DNA of 64,000 bases. Origin: Fibrobacteria bacterium. GTDB taxonomy: Bacteria > Fibrobacterota > Fibrobacteria > UBA11236. The stretch covers positions 1 through 64,000 of the forward strand of contig JAYTHY010000096.1 in assembly GCA_043732185.1 (NCBI GenBank), in the 5' to 3' direction. Under the pieces are notes generated by a model that saw only the letters and a program-made list of their open reading frames with translations, ran no database searches and was not told the DNA's origin. Shown piece by piece: positions 60,301 to 64,000 of this stretch (position 1 is the first letter of the stretch; each line of letters opens with the position of its first letter). Both the position numbers and the translations under genes were made by a program.

Positions 60301-63068
60301 TGATCATTGCTGTCCAATGCCCCGGCATCGGTTTGGCCTTGCAGCTTTGGCTGGCCAGTGGTAAAAACATTATGATCAAGGACAGGCTTCATGCCTGCAA
60401 CTGTCGCGTCCAGGGGAGAACCTATGTTTGAAAAAAAGTTATTCGCTATCACGGCGTTTAATGCTCCACCTTGTTGGGATATCCCAACACTAGTCGCCGC
60501 ATTTGGAAACCGAGTGTCTGCTAAGAAGGTGTTGTTAAGGATTTTAATCTCTGATGACTGTGTATTGGAAACAAGCACAGCTTGGTTAAAACCCCAAACC
60601 GCATTATTTGTCATCCGCATTTTAGCCGTGGCACCAACCTCAATTTTTACAGCTGGACCTTCTGCAGTCTGTGTGTTGCTCGCGCTTCGAAAAACATTCG
60701 CATCAAGCTGTACACCGCCTGACTTGATAGATACTGCAGGAATTGAAGCCGTTCCGGCTGGCATATCAAAAACAAAACCGCGTACCAGCACATTTTTTCG
60801 AGCGATGACCATTGCCTCCTTTGTAGTTGACCCTTTAAAGACTGGCCGATTGCTTTCCAACTTGCCTGAAACGACGGGTGTAGTAATGGTGACCAAACTC
60901 GTATCGTCGGCAGTTCCAGCAGGAAAAGTAATGGCATCCATATTTATTGCAGGACTTGCATTTTGAATCATAATAATTCCACCCGTTTTTTTAGCGGCAA
61001 TCAACTTGAATGCGGAATCCAAAACACAGTAAGCTTTTAGTGCCGTAGTACCATCTGCACCTGGACAGCTAGTTTTTGGGGTTACAAAAATTGTGTCACC
61101 GGCCGTTGGACCAAGATTCAGGGAAATGGTTGAAGGGGTGGGCGCACCAGGTTTCCCTCCGCCAAAAGGCGTGGCATAAAAGGTATACGTGCCTTTTTGA
61201 AGACCTGTGAAAACGAAAGTCGTTGCACTACCGGCCGGAGCTTTGGTAATTGAAACCAGTCCCCCCGCGCCATTGTCCGACACTACCCGTATCGAATCTA
61301 TTGGCTCTGATCCCTTGGTAACCGTCAATTGGACCTTACCCGCCGGATAATCACTTAACCCTGCGTCAATAGTGATTTTCAAGTCGTTGAAAGGAAATGC
61401 AGGTACCAAAGAAATGGAACCAATCACACCTGAACTGGAAAGCACCGGAGCCTGCAATGTGTCCTTGAATTGCAGCAACTTAATGTAGATGTCCTTACCA
61501 TTGCGCACAAGTTTTGGAATAGGTAATGGTGTTCCATTTAGCAGGAATCCTAAATTGTTCATTTTAAGATAAGGAACCCCGCTGCTCTTTAAAATTGTGG
61601 TGTCATTAGAGGAAGTTAGTTTTGCCAATGTATCCGAAAAAAAGAAATAGAGATATTGGGGTGCAATACTTACACCATAATACTTAGCGTCAAAGGACAT
61701 TTTGGAAACTTTGATCTGTCCCACATTTGCTGTGTCTTTAACAAAGGTTAGACTGCTTCCCAGACCACCTGAATCCAACGGGCTTGGGCTTTGAACTGCA
61801 TCCGCGGCCACAAAGGCACCCGCTTTGGTAGCGTTTGTCCATGACGCGCCTTCCCTAAAGGGCTGTAGGCTTGGATTTGTAAAATAAAGTGCGCTGGGTG
61901 GTAAACCGGCAAATACATATGTGGCACTAGTCCAATTATTTGAAAAGGGGTAGGAATAGGTGCCAAAATTTGGATGCTTAAAAGCAAGGGTTGAATCTGC
62001 TCTTAATTCAGTAAGTGGATAGTCTCTGAACCTCTTTTCCACGTTTGGCCCATAGTTTGAAAAACCGCGCGGAAGCAAGGTATTGACAAATGCCCCTGTC
62101 GCGCCATTTAAGGTTAAGGCCACACCAGAAGCATTTTCGGCTAGGCTAGTGCCTTTGGTTCTGGCATAAGCATTTCTTAAAATGCTATCTGAGGACACAA
62201 TGGGGGTACCGAATGATATTGGAGCCAGGTCATCCACTCTGGCAACAAACATATTATACTGAATGTTGACGGCGGTTCCTGGATTGACGACCAGGCTCCC
62301 GACGCTGATAAATCTTGGGCCATTTCGCGAACCAGCAAAGGTGTTCGCAAAAATGTGGAAACTACCAACAGTTAGATACAATCCCGTACTGAAAAAAACG
62401 TTGGATCGAATTTCGACTTTTTGTGCAGTTGCTGTACCATGCGTGGTAATTGCAAACGAATTCCCGGCTCCATCTGGTGGCGCTCGGAATAAGCTTCTTT
62501 CAACTAGAACTGAATCTGCCTGAATATCCACCAGTGAACCTAAGGCACCGCTTGTATTGTCTGCAGTCCAGAAATGACAATTTTCAACCATTGTTCCTTT
62601 GGCGTTTACGGTCACTGAATGGCTTGCACTGCCAATCGATTTCCGTACGAAACCAAAATGGTCTATCTGTGCCCGGTTTAAAGCAGTAACAGTAAGTAAA
62701 GTTGTTGGTCCACCTACTTTCTCCACAAAGAAAACCATGGAATCTGAAGTTTTATTTAGACTGGTTAAGACCGTAAATTTATCAGTTCTACCCGAAATAT
62801 TAATCGGCGCACTGAGAATTACAGAATCCTTTAATGCAGAAGCCCGTACTGATGCATCTAAATTGATGCGGACAGTCATCGTAGTGTCGTTGCAGTTGAT
62901 TATGACATTGTTCACAGCACCGGGAGCATCGGGATTGTACTCGTGCGTTGCGGAATTAAATCCAGGTGCGCCAAGCTTTAGAACCAGGGTGGTATCAGGA
63001 CAACCCGCACCAAATGCCATTTGGGCTAAAAACAGGAAGCAAGGCAGTCCCAATAGGAATTTGCGCAT
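57363..63068 (-). CDS. ~1900-aa secreted multidomain protein with two beta-helix-like modules, Ig/FN3-like segments and a C-terminal FlgD/T9SS-like sorting domain
   Basis: Likely start ATG 63068 (MRKFLLGLPCFLFLAQMAFG signal; AAGGGG SD). Beta-helix-type strands ANTF, NNTF, NNFF; TDLFGKPR...DVGAME; C-terminal NYPNPF...WDGKD...AGVY. Confidence 0.75.
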   Translation of the reverse strand: MRKFLLGLPCFLFLAQMAFGAGCPDTTLVLKLGAPGFNSATHEYNPDAPGAVNNVIINCNDTTMTVRINLDASVRASALKDSVILSAPINISGRTDKFTVLTSLNKTSDSMVFFVEKVGGPTTLLTVTALNRAQIDHFGFVRKSIGSASHSVTVNAKGTMVENCHFWTADNTSGALGSLVDIQADSVLVERSLFRAPPDGAGNSFAITTHGTATAQKVEIRSNVFFSTGLYLTVGSFHIFANTFAGSRNGPRFISVGSLVVNPGTAVNIQYNMFVARVDDLAPISFGTPIVSSDSILRNAYARTKGTSLAENASGVALTLNGATGAFVNTLLPRGFSNYGPNVEKRFRDYPLTELRADSTLAFKHPNFGTYSYPFSNNWTSATYVFAGLPPSALYFTNPSLQPFREGASWTNATKAGAFVAADAVQSPSPLDSGGLGSSLTFVKDTANVGQIKVSKMSFDAKYYGVSIAPQYLYFFFSDTLAKLTSSNDTTILKSSGVPYLKMNNLGFLLNGTPLPIPKLVRNGKDIYIKLLQFKDTLQAPVLSSSGVIGSISLVPAFPFNDLKITIDAGLSDYPAGKVQLTVTKGSEPIDSIRVVSDNGAGGLVSITKAPAGSATTFVFTGLQKGTYTFYATPFGGGKPGAPTPSTISLNLGPTAGDTIFVTPKTSCPGADGTTALKAYCVLDSAFKLIAAKKTGGIIMIQNASPAINMDAITFPAGTADDTSLVTITTPVVSGKLESNRPVFKGSTTKEAMVIARKNVLVRGFVFDMPAGTASIPAVSIKSGGVQLDANVFRSASNTQTAEGPAVKIEVGATAKMRMTNNAVWGFNQAVLVSNTQSSEIKILNNTFLADTRFPNAATSVGISQQGGALNAVIANNFFSNIGSPLDATVAGMKPVLDHNVFTTGQPKLQGQTDAGALDSNDQAGSMDLTVAAYLNNLESGLNEAFACNSIHPCPSLQAASTQSANGQVYGVNLLTDLFGKPRPTVNKDVGAMEVNLDLSKVMGRLKITAKGVLNDFSKSSIEVSSKNYDSLESDSIHVWWDTLPKAQLKDMPKGQQHSYSMKKLSGGAFSDSALNLKERTFYYFYVAYSRFRAGSRLLGYAYTDTLTTGIAVETGSCSFALSKMVCPSDNGVFLNLNSSAVGVFTTRISMSEPITASGVVVKNPEFIPIDEPKVFNLSLLSPMHKIILDIAGTTLGQAGSNLSFQAKIKLPAKMDLTGKELFLLPTDPTSRPTHVSTWRLEQIVDTNYLVIEGNKGGTLTYAFGKLADDVEPGTIQVTDADPPTFDFQTAGDSIVPITVNFKGVDFKTSNPLVMASVVPAGGTATGVFSGSYPVKTVLLSSGLIGMQPDTLKDRYYKYFQNALGVQSQSGPGYLQKRPFNLDTVSALGFNSAVTYSNTNLVISNTGVLSQATIQIPMVKAYKDADAGRKASRSIEVVFTIFDGSKLVRTSSFIRSHFVDANLQGPDKKLFSANRWNLYGYPWDDADTGSQARIVGKTKWSESEMRLMKYKGTGKGAGSFNVYDGTTASSVKYDSGQAVWAGSTRNYDAISGAGISLDYQNFDLSLPVGQYTDFALPFNFPIKMSDVLATSSLPAMPTIYRYTAGRPGSWEAIKDTSILQPWDGLTIKPTSALTLKFPVLDATRSGVSPSAKQTAEVENQWSANLRIYNETAAMSLLIGKSVRGGLYGEPPDVPGQDFRMVLKYFRQDGAEESMAEFLQNDVSAWQGHWPLKASAVKGSSGVYLKVMANSKSIPLYLVESLHKTVVPLTGDSLRISEAELSANDYHLVAGDPQYLASILAGLAPANVLNLYNYPNPFSASTQVHYALPTSFGKVAFLLKIRDFRGRMVFEKTVTGSSSLNFIWDGKDRMHSPLPAGVYTLALEAKVDGKPTYRATRRLLKL

Positions 63069-63314
63069 ATTAGACGGTCCCCTTAGCATAAAGCCAACAC
63101 TGTTATAAAAATCACGACGATACCAACTCATTAAAACTGGCCAAATAACCAACACGCCTCCCATAAACACCCCAATTCAAATCACATACTTTAGAAGCGC
63201 ACGGTGAAACGCCCACGGGTGAGCCTTCCACTTTTCCAAAATGCCTCAATAATCTCGAAATAATAGCAACCTGACTTGGCAAAAAGTAACTTTCCTTATT
63301 AATTTAGGCGCATT

Positions 63315-63389
63315 GGTGTGTTCGTCTAGTGGTTAGGACGCTGCCCTCTCACGGCGGAAGCAGGGGTTCAACTCCCCTACGCACTACCA
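63315..63389 (+). tRNA. tRNA-Glu (anticodon CTC)
   Basis: Acceptor stem GGTGTGT/ACGCACT, D-arm TCTAGTGGTTAGGA, anticodon arm CTGCC-CT[CTC]AC-GGCGG, T-loop GGTTCAA, encoded CCA; 75 nt. Confidence 0.95.
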
Positions 63390-63391
63390 GG

Positions 63392-63420
63392 CGGGGACGC
63401 TCTTTTTAGGGGCGTCCCCG
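63392..63420 (+). terminator. Strong hairpin after tRNA-Glu
   Basis: CGGGGACGC...GCGTCCCCG 9-bp stem; the U-tract is weak. Confidence 0.55.
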
Positions 63421-63624
63421 TTCCATTTCCACTACCGGCAAACCGCTTCTATCCATGCCCTCTTTTCCACTACTTAAGGTCTAGCCTAATTTACCTAAAA
63501 GGTTGCGAAAAATCTGGTCAAATCCTACTTTTAGCCACGAAAATGGGTTTTTCACCTCCCCTGCTTTGGCGGGGATTATTCCGCTGTACAACCGAACTCC
63601 TTATCAAACAGAGGCTTAACTGAC

Positions 63625-64000
63625 ATGGAAAATTTATTAGCCATGATTTTGGCAGGTGGTCAAGGTTCCCGTTTACAACCACTGACCAACGACCGAGCCA
63701 AACCGGCGGTCCATTTTGCGGGAAAATACCGAGTTATTGATTTTGTCCTCAACAATTTCGTCAATTCCGGGTTTTATCAGATCAAAATTTTGACGCAGTT
63801 CAAATCGGACTCTCTCAATCGGCATGTGGCCACGGCCTGGGAATTGAATAGAAATCTAAACCAGTTTGTGGACATGGTTCCGGCCCAGATGCGCATTGGC
63901 AATTCCTGGTACATGGGAACAGCCGACGCTATTTATCAGAATGTGAATCTCATCCGCGATGTGCGTCCCGATCATGTCGCTGTTTTTGGCGGCGACCATA
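63625..64000 (+). CDS. glgC: Glucose-1-phosphate adenylyltransferase, 3' end truncated by the window edge (not in the ORF track)
   Basis: [49 protein letters not shown]...[12 protein letters not shown]...[12 protein letters not shown]. Confidence 0.93.
   Translation, partial: MENLLAMILAGGQGSRLQPLTNDRAKPAVHFAGKYRVIDFVLNNFVNSGFYQIKILTQFKSDSLNRHVATAWELNRNLNQFVDMVPAQMRIGNSWYMGTADAIYQNVNLIRDVRPDHVAVFGGDH

Noticed and set aside
55816..63389. tRNA-integrated genomic island or prophage
   Set aside because: No integrase, no duplicated tRNA fragment seen, and the block lies at the tRNA 5' side rather than the usual 3' attachment side.
1..64000. CRISPR arrays, IS elements, rRNA, defence or toxin-antitoxin loci
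   Set aside because: No spaced direct repeats, transposase/integrase motifs or such genes were seen, and the intergenic gaps are too short to hide them.

Overview
This is a gene-dense bacterial chromosomal window made mostly of housekeeping genes. The protein styles (lipoprotein LptC, long OstA-type LptA, a FlgD/T9SS-like sorting tail, GH57 enzymes) suggest an FCB-group organism, probably Fibrobacterota; that assignment is inference. From left to right on the minus strand lies a long lptC-lptA-lptB-rpoN-hpf-hprK-mlaD-GH57-HPr-ptsI-slt-DUF4159 cluster. A mixed metabolic stretch follows: MATE, thioesterase, pyrF, fpr, SirB1-like, ApaH-like, pyk, GT2, TPR, DUF3536-GH57, nnr, hisN, an apionate-lactonase-like gene with an MFS, dinB, a metallophosphoesterase and hemW. 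Next is a reduced dcw cluster lacking mraY, murD, murG, murB and ddl. The right end holds a vWA membrane protein, nadB, ppiD, an unannotated 45-aa secreted peptide, a REC-HD-GYP regulator, a ~1900-aa secreted beta-helix protein, tRNA-Glu(CTC) and a partial glgC. I saw no CRISPR array, transposase, integrase or prophage, and no clear-cut new system is demonstrable from sequence alone. The best leads are (i) the peptide / HD-GYP / giant surface protein block, (ii) a glycosyltransferase whose natural start needs a -1 slip at GGGAAAAAAC, (iii) an EII-less PTS operon carrying a GH57 glucanotransferase, and (iv) an orphan ApnL-like gene with an MFS.
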